Part shown: piece after piece, positions 30,821 through 40,126 of the stretch
How positions within the stretch are numbered: position 1 is the stretch's first letter
How the letters are laid out: every line of letters starts with the position of its first letter
Assembly: GCA_020634975.1 (NCBI GenBank)
Contig: JACKAQ010000001.1
Span: forward strand, 2,359,272 to 2,423,271
Origin: Calditrichia bacterium
Lineage (GTDB): Bacteria > Calditrichota > Calditrichia > RBG-13-44-9 > J075
Direction of reading: 5' to 3'
Length of the DNA stretch: 64,000 nucleotides
Notes under the pieces: model-generated
Database searches by the model: none
What the model was told of the DNA's origin: nothing
Seen by the model: the letters and a program-made list of their open reading frames with translations, nothing else
Made by a program: the position numbers and the translations under genes

Positions 30821-32090
30821 GTGAAAGCGATATTAAACACATTCGTAATCCTCGCTTTACCATTTTCATTTTTGATTGGTCAAACATCAGGTTGGCATTC
30901 TCAGAATAGTGGAACCACCCGTGGATTGAATGGAATTTATTTTATAAATGATTCAACAGGGTGGGTTGTCGGGAACGCCGGAACAATTTTATATACTAGC
31001 AACCAGGAAACTTGTGGACTCATCAAAACGGGAATACAAGCAGAAATTTAAGTGGGATAGATTTTGTAACAGATTTAGTTGGATGGGCTGTTGGAGATAA
31101 CGGAACAATAATAATGACTACAAATAAGGGAATAACATGGGAATCGCAAACACTTGGCTCATCTGCAAATCTGAATGCTGTGGATTTTCAAAATGACAGT
31201 ATTGGTTGGGTCTGCGGAGATAATGGTGCTGTTTTTTCTACTGTTGATGGTGGTAATAGTTGGATGTCTGTCGGATTCGGCACATCTTATGAGATGGAGG
31301 ATTTGCATTTTTTGATGACCAAAATGGATTTGTTGTTGGTGGGAATATGTTTCTTAATACAACTGATGGCGGTATGACCTGGGATCACTTAGGTCCGATT
31401 GCGGAAGATACTTACCATTTGAGCATTCAATTTTTATCACCTTCATTTGGATGGGTCGTTGGTTCTTATGGAGATTTATTTTTAGGGTATACCGGGGTAA
31501 TTGCGCAATGGCAGTCTCCCGGCGGTTACTTTGATTATGTAGGTGGCTCATCGTTTTCTTTAAATAGCGTTTGCTTTATCACTACTTTAAAAGGTTGGAT
31601 AGTGGGTGATAATGGTAGCATTCTAAGCACTACTGATGGTGGTTCAAATTGGGAAACACAGGTTAGCGGTACCGAAAGAGATTTGCAAGATATTGTATTT
31701 ATTAGTGATACAACTGGCTGGGCTATTGGCAACAATGGTACGATTCTTTCTACAAAAAGTGGTGGATTAGTGGCAATTGAAGACAAGCTGAGCTCAATTT
31801 CTATGCACCCGGAATCATTTGTTTTACACGGGAATTTCCCTAACCCGTTCAACCCGTCAACAACAATTCGTTATGAATTGTTCAAGCCCGCAAATGTGCT
31901 TTTAATAATTTTTGATTTACTCGGAAATGAAATTAAAACGCTGGTCCAGTCCCGCCAAAATGCCGGTGAATACAATTGGGTTTGGGATGGGACAAATGGT
32001 GAGAATATGCCCGTAAGTTCGGGTGTTTATATCTATCAACTTTCCGTTGATCAACACATCGAAAGCAAAAAAATGCTGCTGGTTCGGTAG
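30821..32090 (+). pseudogene. Frameshifted gene for a Ycf48/BNR-like beta-propeller protein with a T9SS C-terminal domain (two 1-bp indels)
   Basis: One protein is split over three frames (ORFs 30770-31051, 31012-31377, 31347-32090). A single-base insertion near 31014-31016 (removing one base restores ...ETWTHQNGN...). A single-base deletion in the T6 run at 31308-31313 (T7 would restore ...DLHFFDDQNGFVVGGNMFLNTTDGGMTW...). The signal peptide follows GTG 30821 with RBS aggaagg. C-terminus FPNPFNPSTTIRY...KKMLLVR. Confidence 0.7.
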
Positions 32091-32181
32091 CAATTTTTTA
32101 CAGCCGTTTGGCCAAAAAACCACACACATTAATTGTTGGACAAATGTCCAGATGTCAATCATTTCACTCAGGAAGGTTATT

Positions 32182-34203
32182 ATGAAATTAACGTTAATCG
32201 TTTCTCTGCTTTTATTGCCACTTGCATTCCTGATTGGTCAAACATCAGGTGATGCGGATATTTCTGAAAGGTTTTTTGTCAATTCAGCGATGCTGGGAAA
32301 TATGCCCCACCAAAATCCCGGCAAATTCAACACGCTGAAACGTGTACCGCAGGATTATCCGACCATCCAATCCGCAATTGACGCTGCTGAAGACAGCGAC
32401 ACAGTTTTGGTTGACGCCGGCACATATTTTGAAAATATCAATTTCCTCGGTAAAAAAATTCATGTTGCCAGCCATTTTATTCTCGATAGCGATACCACGC
32501 ACATCAGCAACACGGTTATAAATGGCAGCCAGCCGAGTAATCCGGACAGCGGTTCGGTGGTCTATTTTGTTACCGGAGAAGATACCAACTCTGTGCTATA
32601 CGGATTTACAATTACAGGGGGAAGCGGCACAATCAATCAATTTGCACCAAATTTTGCACCAAAAGTCGGTGGCGGTATTTACTGCTTTGCCGGTGCCAAA
32701 ATCCAGCACAATTTCATTACAAACAATTCAATTGTACATAGCGATAGCGCTTTTGGTTGCGGGATTTTTGGCGCAGCTTTTAATGATGAACATATTATCA
32801 TTAGCAATAATGTCATTTCAGGCGGGTCTATGGAAGCCGATGGCGTTTGGGGTGGTGGTATTTATGTTGTTGCATCCGGACAGGCGCATGTGGTTATCGC
32901 CGATAATAATATTTCCAAAAATACAATAATTGCCGGAGTCGGCTCAACTGCCGGTGCGGGTATTGCCTGCGAGTCATCCCAGGCTACACAAATCATTTTC
33001 GATATTTACGGAAATACGATCGCAAACAACAAATCTGTTTCAATATCCGGTTTTAGTTACGGCGGCGGGGTTCATATGTTTGCGGCACCGTTCAGGATGA
33101 AAAATAACCGTATTGCTTACAACGTAATCGGTAATAATACAGCGTCTTATGGCTCCGGTATGCGATTCATACTGTGCAATAATTCGTTGTTGGACAATAA
33201 TACTTTTCGCTCAAACCGGTATCTTGAGCGAAACACATTTTCTCTTGGCGGCGGAATATTGATGCAGAATAATAACAATGTCTTAATTCAAAATAATCTG
33301 ATTATCGAAAATACATCCATCGAAGGCGGCGGTTTATTCATCCAGACACTTACGCTGGCGAAAGGGGCGAATGACGATTATAACAAAAACAATGTGGCTG
33401 CATTGGGCGGTAGCGCTTTTTCCACAGTAACAGGACTTCCAAATAATCACAACTTTAATGTATCAAATGTCGCTTCGCCATTAATGATCAATAATACCAT
33501 TAGCAGAAATTATGCGACGAATAGTGGGGGCGCCATTTATAATCAAAATACTCAGTCAGTGGTGATCAACAGTATCCTATGGGGAAATTTCACTGTAAGG
33601 GGATCAGAAATAGATGTAATTAGCGGATCCGTTTCGGTTCGCCACAGCAATATTCAGGGTGGATGGACGGGCGATGGCAATATTGATGTCGATCCGTTTT
33701 TTGCAGACAGAGTGGATTTTCAACTGTCTGATTCCAGTCATTGTTTAGGTGCAGGCATTGATTCAATAGAAATTGGTGGGATTTGGTATGTTGCACCTGC
33801 GACAGATTATGGCGGTAATCTGCGCCCCAGCCCAACTGGATCAATGCCCGATATGGGTGCATGGGAATCGCCGTTTGATTCTACTCTCGTTGGGATTCCG
33901 CAACCGGGATTTGAGAATAATCCAAAAACATTTTCACTGGAACAAAATTACCCTAACCCGTTCAATCCTGCAACGCAAATTCGTTATGTTTTGCCTTATT
34001 TAAGCAACATAAAATTAACGGTTTACAATCTTTTGGGGCAAACGGTTGCAACGTTGGTAAATAGCAAGCAATCCGCAGGCAGATACACGATTTTATGGGA
34101 TGGAAAAAACGATAGCGGTGTTCAGCAGCCCAGCGGTATTTATTTTTATCGACTAAAAACTGGCGGTTTTAGTGACACTAAAAAAATGATGCTTCTGCGA
34201 TAG
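32182..34203 (+). CDS. Secreted right-handed beta-helix (pectate-lyase-fold) repeat protein with a T9SS C-terminal domain
   Basis: Signal peptide MKLTLIVSLLLLPLAFLIGQTSG. Many Gly-rich NxIxxN parallel beta-helix repeats. C-terminus NYPNPFNPATQIRY...KKMMLLR. RBS ggaagg. The ORF reading from 32023 overlaps the pseudogene, so the start is set at 32182. Confidence 0.8.
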   Translation: MKLTLIVSLLLLPLAFLIGQTSGDADISERFFVNSAMLGNMPHQNPGKFNTLKRVPQDYPTIQSAIDAAEDSDTVLVDAGTYFENINFLGKKIHVASHFILDSDTTHISNTVINGSQPSNPDSGSVVYFVTGEDTNSVLYGFTITGGSGTINQFAPNFAPKVGGGIYCFAGAKIQHNFITNNSIVHSDSAFGCGIFGAAFNDEHIIISNNVISGGSMEADGVWGGGIYVVASGQAHVVIADNNISKNTIIAGVGSTAGAGIACESSQATQIIFDIYGNTIANNKSVSISGFSYGGGVHMFAAPFRMKNNRIAYNVIGNNTASYGSGMRFILCNNSLLDNNTFRSNRYLERNTFSLGGGILMQNNNNVLIQNNLIIENTSIEGGGLFIQTLTLAKGANDDYNKNNVAALGGSAFSTVTGLPNNHNFNVSNVASPLMINNTISRNYATNSGGAIYNQNTQSVVINSILWGNFTVRGSEIDVISGSVSVRHSNIQGGWTGDGNIDVDPFFADRVDFQLSDSSHCLGAGIDSIEIGGIWYVAPATDYGGNLRPSPTGSMPDMGAWESPFDSTLVGIPQPGFENNPKTFSLEQNYPNPFNPATQIRYVLPYLSNIKLTVYNLLGQTVATLVNSKQSAGRYTILWDGKNDSGVQQPSGIYFYRLKTGGFSDTKKMMLLR

Positions 34204-34223
34204 AATTTAATTATCAATTGCAT

Positions 34224-34312
34224 TTTGCAAGGCAGCGGTCACCGGTTCGAGTCCGGTATTGCCCCCATCAATAAACCCCGTAAAATGGAAGTTTTGCGGG
34301 GTTTTGCTTGTT
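34224..34312 (+). repeat. Copy 2 of the tRNA 3'-half-like plus terminator element
   Basis: Aligns to 1265-1354 (…CAAGGC..GGTCAC[C/T]GGTTCGAGTCC[G/A]GTA..GCCC.CCATCAATAAACCCCGTAAAATG.A.GTTTT.CGGGGTTTTG…). Confidence 0.6.
34276..34312 (+). terminator. Intrinsic terminator (CCCCGTAAAA-loop-TTTTGCGGGG plus T-rich tail), follows gene 32182-34203
   Basis: 10-bp stem with one G-U pair and a T-rich 3' side. Confidence 0.65.
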
Positions 34313-34509
34313 CGGCTGGGTTTGCGGTTTTGGGCTTCGGTGGCAAAATGCTTCAGGCGTTTGAGAAAGTGATTTTTCATATCTTTTTGAATTATGGATG
34401 CTTGCACAAGAATAATTTTGTTTGTATTCTGATTAAATTATTTTAAGCTTATGTAATCAGTTATTTCAATATTGTATAATACAGGACTTATTGTTTAACC
34501 ACTATAACA

Positions 34510-34974
34510 TTGATACTTATGGCAATTTTTAATCTTAATATCAACGGTAAAAAGCAGCAGGTGGATGTTGATCCATCTACGCCGATGCTTTGGGTGCTCC
34601 GGGATCACCTTCAGCTGGTTGGCACCAAATTTGGTTGCGGCATTGCCCAATGCGGCTCATGCACCATACTGATGGGCGACATTGCAATCCGCTCATGCCA
34701 ACTACCCGTTTCCACTGTGGGAAGCCAGGCGATCACGACCATCGAAGGATTGTCGGAAAATGGCGATCACCCGCTTCAGGAAGCCTGGCTGGCTCACGAT
34801 GTGCCCCAATGCGGGTATTGTCAGGCGGGGCAAATTATGAACGCAGCAGCGCTGTTAAAGGCGAATCCCGATCCGAGTGACGAAGAAATAGATGCCGCAA
34901 TGAATGGCAATATCTGCCGTTGCGGCACGTATACCCGCATCAAAGCTGCCATTAAAACAGCGGCCAAATTGTAA
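34510..34974 (+). CDS. (2Fe-2S)-binding small subunit of a molybdenum hydroxylase (IorA/CoxS-like)
   Basis: CGxxxCGxC and CxxCxxG...CRCGTY cysteine motifs of xanthine-dehydrogenase-family [2Fe-2S] subunits. Confidence 0.85.
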   Translation: MILMAIFNLNINGKKQQVDVDPSTPMLWVLRDHLQLVGTKFGCGIAQCGSCTILMGDIAIRSCQLPVSTVGSQAITTIEGLSENGDHPLQEAWLAHDVPQCGYCQAGQIMNAAALLKANPDPSDEEIDAAMNGNICRCGTYTRIKAAIKTAAKL

Positions 34975-35028
34975 TTTGGCTGAATTATCGGGATCATCAG
35001 GAATTCATAAAACTTTAAAAGATCTGTT

Positions 35029-37215
35029 ATGAATATTGCAAAAACGAAAATCGGTAGACGCGCTTTTATCAAAAGCACTGTTGTGGCCGGCGGCGGAATG
35101 ATGCTCGGCTTCAGTTGGTTGGCGGCTTGCACCTCCAGCCCGAAAGAAGCGCTGAAGATGCCCAAAGAGTGGTTCGAGATCAACGGATATCTGAAAATCG
35201 GCGAAAATGGCGTTGTTACCATTGTGTCGCCAAATCCGGAGATCGGACAGAACGTGAAAACCGCCATGCCCATGATAGTGGCGGATGAACTGGATGTCGA
35301 TTGGAAAATGGTCGTTGTTGAACAAGGTCCGCTGAACACTGCCATTTTCACCCGGCAATTGGCCGGCGGCAGCCAGGCCATTCGGCAAGGTTGGCAGGGG
35401 CTGCGCATGGCCGGTGCAACCGCACGCAAGATGTTGCGGCAAGCCGCAGCGCAAACCTGGCAGGTGCCTCTGGACGAAATCACTACTGATTCCGGTGTCG
35501 TTTTTCACAAAAAAAGCGGAAAGCAAGCCGGTTATGGCGAACTGGCTTCCGCAGCCGCGCAAATTCCGGTGCCGGAGGAAGTGGAATTAAAAGAAATCAA
35601 AGATTTCAAAATTATCGGAACATCGAAAAAGAATGTGGACGGGCTGAAAATCGTTACGGGTAAACCCCTGTTTGGGTTGGATTATCACAAACCGGGAATG
35701 CTCATCGCCATGATTGCCCATCCACCGGCATTTGGCCTGAAACTGAAATCCGTCAACGATGCAACGGCCAAAAGTATGCCCGGCATCAAAGATGTGTTCA
35801 CCATCCAGACCTACAACAATGAGAATGAAAAGCAGTGGTCCGATGTCAGCGCTTTTAACGATCTGGTTGTGGTGGTCGGAAATTCAACCTGGGAAGTACT
35901 GAACGCCAAAAAAGCATTGAAACTTGAATGGGAACCGGTTGATGGTTCTGCACCCGAAACATCCGAGATGCACACCCAATTAATGAATGAAAGCGGCGCC
36001 AAGCCCGGACGTGTGCGGCGCAAAGACGGCAATCCCGAATCTGCGTTTAAAAACGCCGCCAAAGTCATCGAAGGCACATACACAGCACCGTTTCTGGCAC
36101 ATAACACAATGGAACCGATGAATTTTTTTGCCGATGTCACAGCGGAAAAAGCAGAACTGGTCGGTCCCACACAAACACCGGAATTCATGGAAAAATCGGT
36201 GTCTGCCCGGCTGGGGTTACCGCTGGAAAAAATCGATATCCAGATGACCCGAATGGGCGGTGGTTTCGGGCGGCGGTTGTATGGCCATTTTATGGTAGAA
36301 GCGGCGGTGATTTCGCAAAAAGTGAAGGCACCGGTCAAACTCATTTACACTCGGGAAGACGACATGACCTTTGGCATTTACCGCCCCGCATATCATGCCT
36401 ATTTCCGTGCAGCGCTGGATGCCCAAAATAACCTCACTGCCTTTCATGTTCGCGCCGGCGGCATGCGCGACAGCTCGTTACGCGCCAACCGTTTCCCAGC
36501 CGGTTCGGTTGACAATTATCTGGCAGAAGACTGGACGATTGATTCCAATATCACCATCGGCGCATTCCGGGCACCGGGATCAAATTTTATGGCGGTGGCG
36601 GAGCAATCTTTTCTCGATGAAGTCGCAGAAGCTGCCGGAAAAGATCCCATCGCATTCCGGCTCGAATTGTTAAATCGCGCGAAACAAAATCCCGTTGGGG
36701 AAAATAACGATTACGATGCCGATCGCTACGCCGGCGTTCTGGAACTGGTTCGCGAAAAATCGGGTTGGGGAAAAGAAGCATCGAACCTGCACAGAGGCGT
36801 GGCAGCTTATTATTGCCATAATTCGTATGTGGCGAATGTGGTTGACATGGCGATCGAAAATGGAAAACCGGTTATTCATAACGTTTACAACGCAGTCGAT
36901 TGCGGCATCGTCGTGAATCCCGACGCAGCCATAAATATGATCGAAGGCGGCGTTGTGGACGGCATCGGTCATGCAATGTATAGCGAACTCACCTTTAAAA
37001 ATGGTGAGCCGCAACAGAAAAATTTTGACAATTATCGCCTGATCCGGCACAGCGAAGCGCCCAAATCCATTGAGGTTCATTTTGTTAAAAACGAAATCGA
37101 CCCAACTGGACTTGGCGAACCGCCGTTTCCGCCGGTTATGGGCGCACTGGCAAATGCGTTGTATAAGGCAACCGGGCAGCGCCATTATCATCAACCGTTT
37201 ATCAAAAATATTTAA
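35029..37215 (+). CDS. Molybdopterin-binding large subunit of an aldehyde/isoquinoline oxidoreductase (IorB-like), Tat-exported
   Basis: Twin-arginine signal (GRRAFIKSTVVAGGGMMLGFSWLAAC). 728 aa with homology to aldehyde oxidase/xanthine dehydrogenase Mo-binding domains. Confidence 0.8.
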   Translation: MNIAKTKIGRRAFIKSTVVAGGGMMLGFSWLAACTSSPKEALKMPKEWFEINGYLKIGENGVVTIVSPNPEIGQNVKTAMPMIVADELDVDWKMVVVEQGPLNTAIFTRQLAGGSQAIRQGWQGLRMAGATARKMLRQAAAQTWQVPLDEITTDSGVVFHKKSGKQAGYGELASAAAQIPVPEEVELKEIKDFKIIGTSKKNVDGLKIVTGKPLFGLDYHKPGMLIAMIAHPPAFGLKLKSVNDATAKSMPGIKDVFTIQTYNNENEKQWSDVSAFNDLVVVVGNSTWEVLNAKKALKLEWEPVDGSAPETSEMHTQLMNESGAKPGRVRRKDGNPESAFKNAAKVIEGTYTAPFLAHNTMEPMNFFADVTAEKAELVGPTQTPEFMEKSVSARLGLPLEKIDIQMTRMGGGFGRRLYGHFMVEAAVISQKVKAPVKLIYTREDDMTFGIYRPAYHAYFRAALDAQNNLTAFHVRAGGMRDSSLRANRFPAGSVDNYLAEDWTIDSNITIGAFRAPGSNFMAVAEQSFLDEVAEAAGKDPIAFRLELLNRAKQNPVGENNDYDADRYAGVLELVREKSGWGKEASNLHRGVAAYYCHNSYVANVVDMAIENGKPVIHNVYNAVDCGIVVNPDAAINMIEGGVVDGIGHAMYSELTFKNGEPQQKNFDNYRLIRHSEAPKSIEVHFVKNEIDPTGLGEPPFPPVMGALANALYKATGQRHYHQPFIKNI

Positions 37216-37258
37216 ACGATATTTTTGGGAATCATTTCGTTTTTATCAAATTTGACGT

Positions 37259-38275
37259 ATGACGAATGAAATAAAGCAGCTTTTTGAAACCGCGAAAATT
37301 TGGCGTAAATCCGGAAAAAACAGTGTTTTGGTAACCGTTGTCGATCTGAAAGGCTCGTCCTATCGGCGACCCGGTGTGCGAATGTTAATCAGCGATACCG
37401 GCGAAACCTGTGGCGCCGTTAGCGGCGGCTGTGTCGAAAAAGAAATACAGCATCAGGCCCAAAGCGTTTTCAAATCCGGCAACGCCAAAATCATCACTTA
37501 CGATGGACGTTTCCGGCTCGGCTGCGAAGGTATCCTGTTTATGTTGCTGGAGCCTTTTTTTATTTCTGATGCGATGCTGGAAAGCTTCCATTCCGTGCTA
37601 AACAACCGGCAATCCTTCAAAACTGAATCCTATTATTACCATGTGCCGGGAGAACATGCCGCCATCGGCTCCCAACTGATAGTGAACGGCAAAACATTTT
37701 CGTTCAATCCCGCTTTTCAATCGGATCAAACAACAGATCAACAAAAATTTTGCCAGACCTTTCCGCCTATTTTCCAGTTGCATATTTTTGGCGCAGAGCA
37801 CGATGCTGTTCAACTGTGCAAAGCGGCGCATTTGTTGGGTTGGGAAATAACCATTGTGGCATCGCCGGATGAAGCCAAATCGATTGCGTATTTTCCCGGC
37901 GCTGACCGCTTTATTTCGCCCACTTTCGACCAATTGGATACTTCAGGATTCGATGCGCAAACCGCAATAATTTTAATGACACACAGTTTTAATAAGGATG
38001 TTCAATATCTGATAGCACTCCGGCATGTTAAGCCGGCATACTTTGGCTTGTTGGGTCCGAAAGACCGGCGCGAGCGCATTCTATCCAAATTTTTAGAATA
38101 TTGCCCGGATGTATCGCTGGCATTTCTGGAACAGTTGCGCAGCCCGGCGGGACTGAATATCGGAGCGGAAAATGCGCCGGAAATCGCAGTGTCCATATTG
38201 GCGGAAATTTTAAGCGTCATCCGAAATCAACAGCCGATGGCGCTGAAAGATAAACCGGGCAGCATTCATGGCTAA
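37259..38275 (+). CDS. xdhC: XdhC/CoxI-family molybdenum cofactor insertion chaperone
   Basis: XdhC_CoxI N-domain plus Rossmann-like C-domain (IFGAEHDAVQLCKAAHLLGWEITIV). Sits downstream of the Mo-enzyme genes. Confidence 0.75.
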   Translation: MTNEIKQLFETAKIWRKSGKNSVLVTVVDLKGSSYRRPGVRMLISDTGETCGAVSGGCVEKEIQHQAQSVFKSGNAKIITYDGRFRLGCEGILFMLLEPFFISDAMLESFHSVLNNRQSFKTESYYYHVPGEHAAIGSQLIVNGKTFSFNPAFQSDQTTDQQKFCQTFPPIFQLHIFGAEHDAVQLCKAAHLLGWEITIVASPDEAKSIAYFPGADRFISPTFDQLDTSGFDAQTAIILMTHSFNKDVQYLIALRHVKPAYFGLLGPKDRRERILSKFLEYCPDVSLAFLEQLRSPAGLNIGAENAPEIAVSILAEILSVIRNQQPMALKDKPGSIHG

Positions 38276-38855
38276 CGTTCCGCACCTGCTGTTAGCTGCC
38301 GGCGGTTCCCGCAGAATGGGGCAGCCCAAACAATTGTTGCGCTGGGGAAACCAGACGCTTATTGAACATCAAATTGATATCCGGTTGCAAACCGGTCAAC
38401 CGGTTGCCATTGTTTTGGGTGCTTATTCGGATCTTATTTTACCCGTCATCGAACCATTGCCCGTTACCATTTTTATCAACAATGAATGGGTAAACGGCAT
38501 GGGAAATTCCATCGCATTTGGGATAAACATGTGCCGCAACACGTTTCCGCTAATGGATGGCGTTCTCATTTCACTGATTGACCAACCGCTGGTTACTCGC
38601 TCGCATTTAGAAAATATGCTCGGTTCATTTCAACCCGGAGCCAAACAAATGATTGTTTCACAATCCGAATCCGGCTGGAAAGGGGTTCCGGCACTGTTCG
38701 ACAGTTTTTATTTTGATGAACTGCAAAATCTGGATGGTGAAGATGGCGCCAGAAACATCATCCGAAGCCACCGCGAAAATGTGAAAAGCATCGAATGCGA
38801 TGACCAACTTGAGGACATTGATACGCCCGAAGACTATCGGCAACTGCTTCGCTGA
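38268..38855 (+). CDS. mocA: Molybdenum cofactor cytidylyltransferase (MocA-like nucleotidyltransferase)
   Basis: LLAAGGSRRMGQPKQLL nucleotidyltransferase motif. Overlaps the xdhC stop by 8 nt (translational coupling). Confidence 0.7.
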   Translation: MANVPHLLLAAGGSRRMGQPKQLLRWGNQTLIEHQIDIRLQTGQPVAIVLGAYSDLILPVIEPLPVTIFINNEWVNGMGNSIAFGINMCRNTFPLMDGVLISLIDQPLVTRSHLENMLGSFQPGAKQMIVSQSESGWKGVPALFDSFYFDELQNLDGEDGARNIIRSHRENVKSIECDDQLEDIDTPEDYRQLLR

Positions 38856-39020
38856 ATTGCCATCCGTGCATTTTGAACCGCAACAATTTTCCCCCATATA
38901 TCTATTCACAGCAATAAATCCGGTGCAGTTACCACGGCTGACGGCGTTTCGCCGGCGTAAAAAATCATCAAACCGGTATCGATTGAAAAAAATGAACGCG
39001 GGCAACGCAAATTCAGGAAT

Positions 39021-39365
39021 ATGAATACTGTTATTTTTATCATCGGGATTCTGTTGGTTGTCGCTGGCATTCTTACTGACTATGAGGTAGCAGGCGATTG
39101 GGATAACACACTTCTCAATTTGTTTTTCTTTCTCCAGTTTTTCCCGATGATGGTTTCTGAAATGTCAATATTCAAGTATTCCAAAAAGATGCGCCAAACC
39201 AATTCGGACACCATACATAAAGCCCAACTGCGCCCTCACCGGTTGTTCGATTTTGTTTTACCGATGCTGTTTGGCACAGGAGTTTTGTATATATCGCATT
39301 TATCCTGTTTGCTTTTTCTGCATATCCAAACCAGTTTTATTTGGGAAGTAAAGCAACCAGCGTGA
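39021..39365 (+). CDS. Hypothetical small membrane protein (3 predicted TM segments)
   Basis: Hydrophobic stretches only. Overlaps the next ORF in another frame, so the two may be one frameshifted gene. Confidence 0.35.
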   Translation: MNTVIFIIGILLVVAGILTDYEVAGDWDNTLLNLFFFLQFFPMMVSEMSIFKYSKKMRQTNSDTIHKAQLRPHRLFDFVLPMLFGTGVLYISHLSCLLFLHIQTSFIWEVKQPA

Positions 39366-39685
39366 TAGCCGTGCTTACGTGCGGCAACCTGTTTTTCGCT
39401 GCAATAATTCTCTGGAATATTTATGGTAAAAAGCTGGATCCGTATCAATCAAATAAAGATCGCAACTGTCAAATAAGCTTGACCGAAAAATTGTTGATTT
39501 TTATCAGTATCGCCGCCACTGTATTTTTGATGATGAGCATAATTTTGGATGTGTACTATCTGGATCACCTGATGCCAACGTTTTTGAGCTTGTATTATGT
39601 GTTGTTGGCGATCATCCGTTTCCAGGTGCTGACACCCGTTCTGCAAATTGACGATACAGATTTTGAGGTGTATAAAGTTCAGTAG
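39341..39685 (+). CDS. Hypothetical small membrane protein (3 predicted TM segments)
   Basis: Hydrophobic stretches only, no recognisable motif. Confidence 0.35.
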   Translation: MGSKATSVIAVLTCGNLFFAAIILWNIYGKKLDPYQSNKDRNCQISLTEKLLIFISIAATVFLMMSIILDVYYLDHLMPTFLSLYYVLLAIIRFQVLTPVLQIDDTDFEVYKVQ

Positions 39686-39957
39686 CGAATTTAGTGACAT
39701 TTTTTGCACCGGTTTAGCCGAATGAGCCGTTTTTAACCATCACCTTTCGTTTATTTTTTGCAGAAAATAGTATGTGAATTTATATAAATAAGAAATTATC
39801 GGTGTATTCTTTATGCGTTAAAAGTGATGAAATATATTGTAAACATACAATTCTTATTCAACAATCATAAAATGGGAATCTATTTTATGATGTTTTTGTA
39901 TGTCTAAAATAATTCTTACCGCCAGAATGCAAAGGCTTTCCGGAGGTTTCTAAGGGC

Positions 39958-39984
39958 GGGTAGATGTCATCTACCCGTTTTTTA
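39958..39984 (+). terminator. Intrinsic terminator-like hairpin (GGGTAGATG / CATCTACCC plus T6) in a 440-bp non-coding region
   Basis: Perfect 8-9-bp stem followed by GTTTTTTAT. No annotated gene ends immediately upstream. Confidence 0.5.
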
Positions 39985-40126
39985 TATTAATTACACTGGT
40001 TTTCAAAAAAAAATTCAATTAATAGCAAAACACAAAGAAGATTTAACCAGTCAGAAATTTTTCGGAGGTTTCTAACAGCCGGCGATTCGGGATGTGTTTC
40101 GAAAAGCCGGTTATTTTTTTCTGATA

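Noticed and set aside
34821-35562. 220-aa and 185-aa minus-strand ORFs
   Set aside because: Antisense to the iorA/iorB-like genes, which have strong family signatures.
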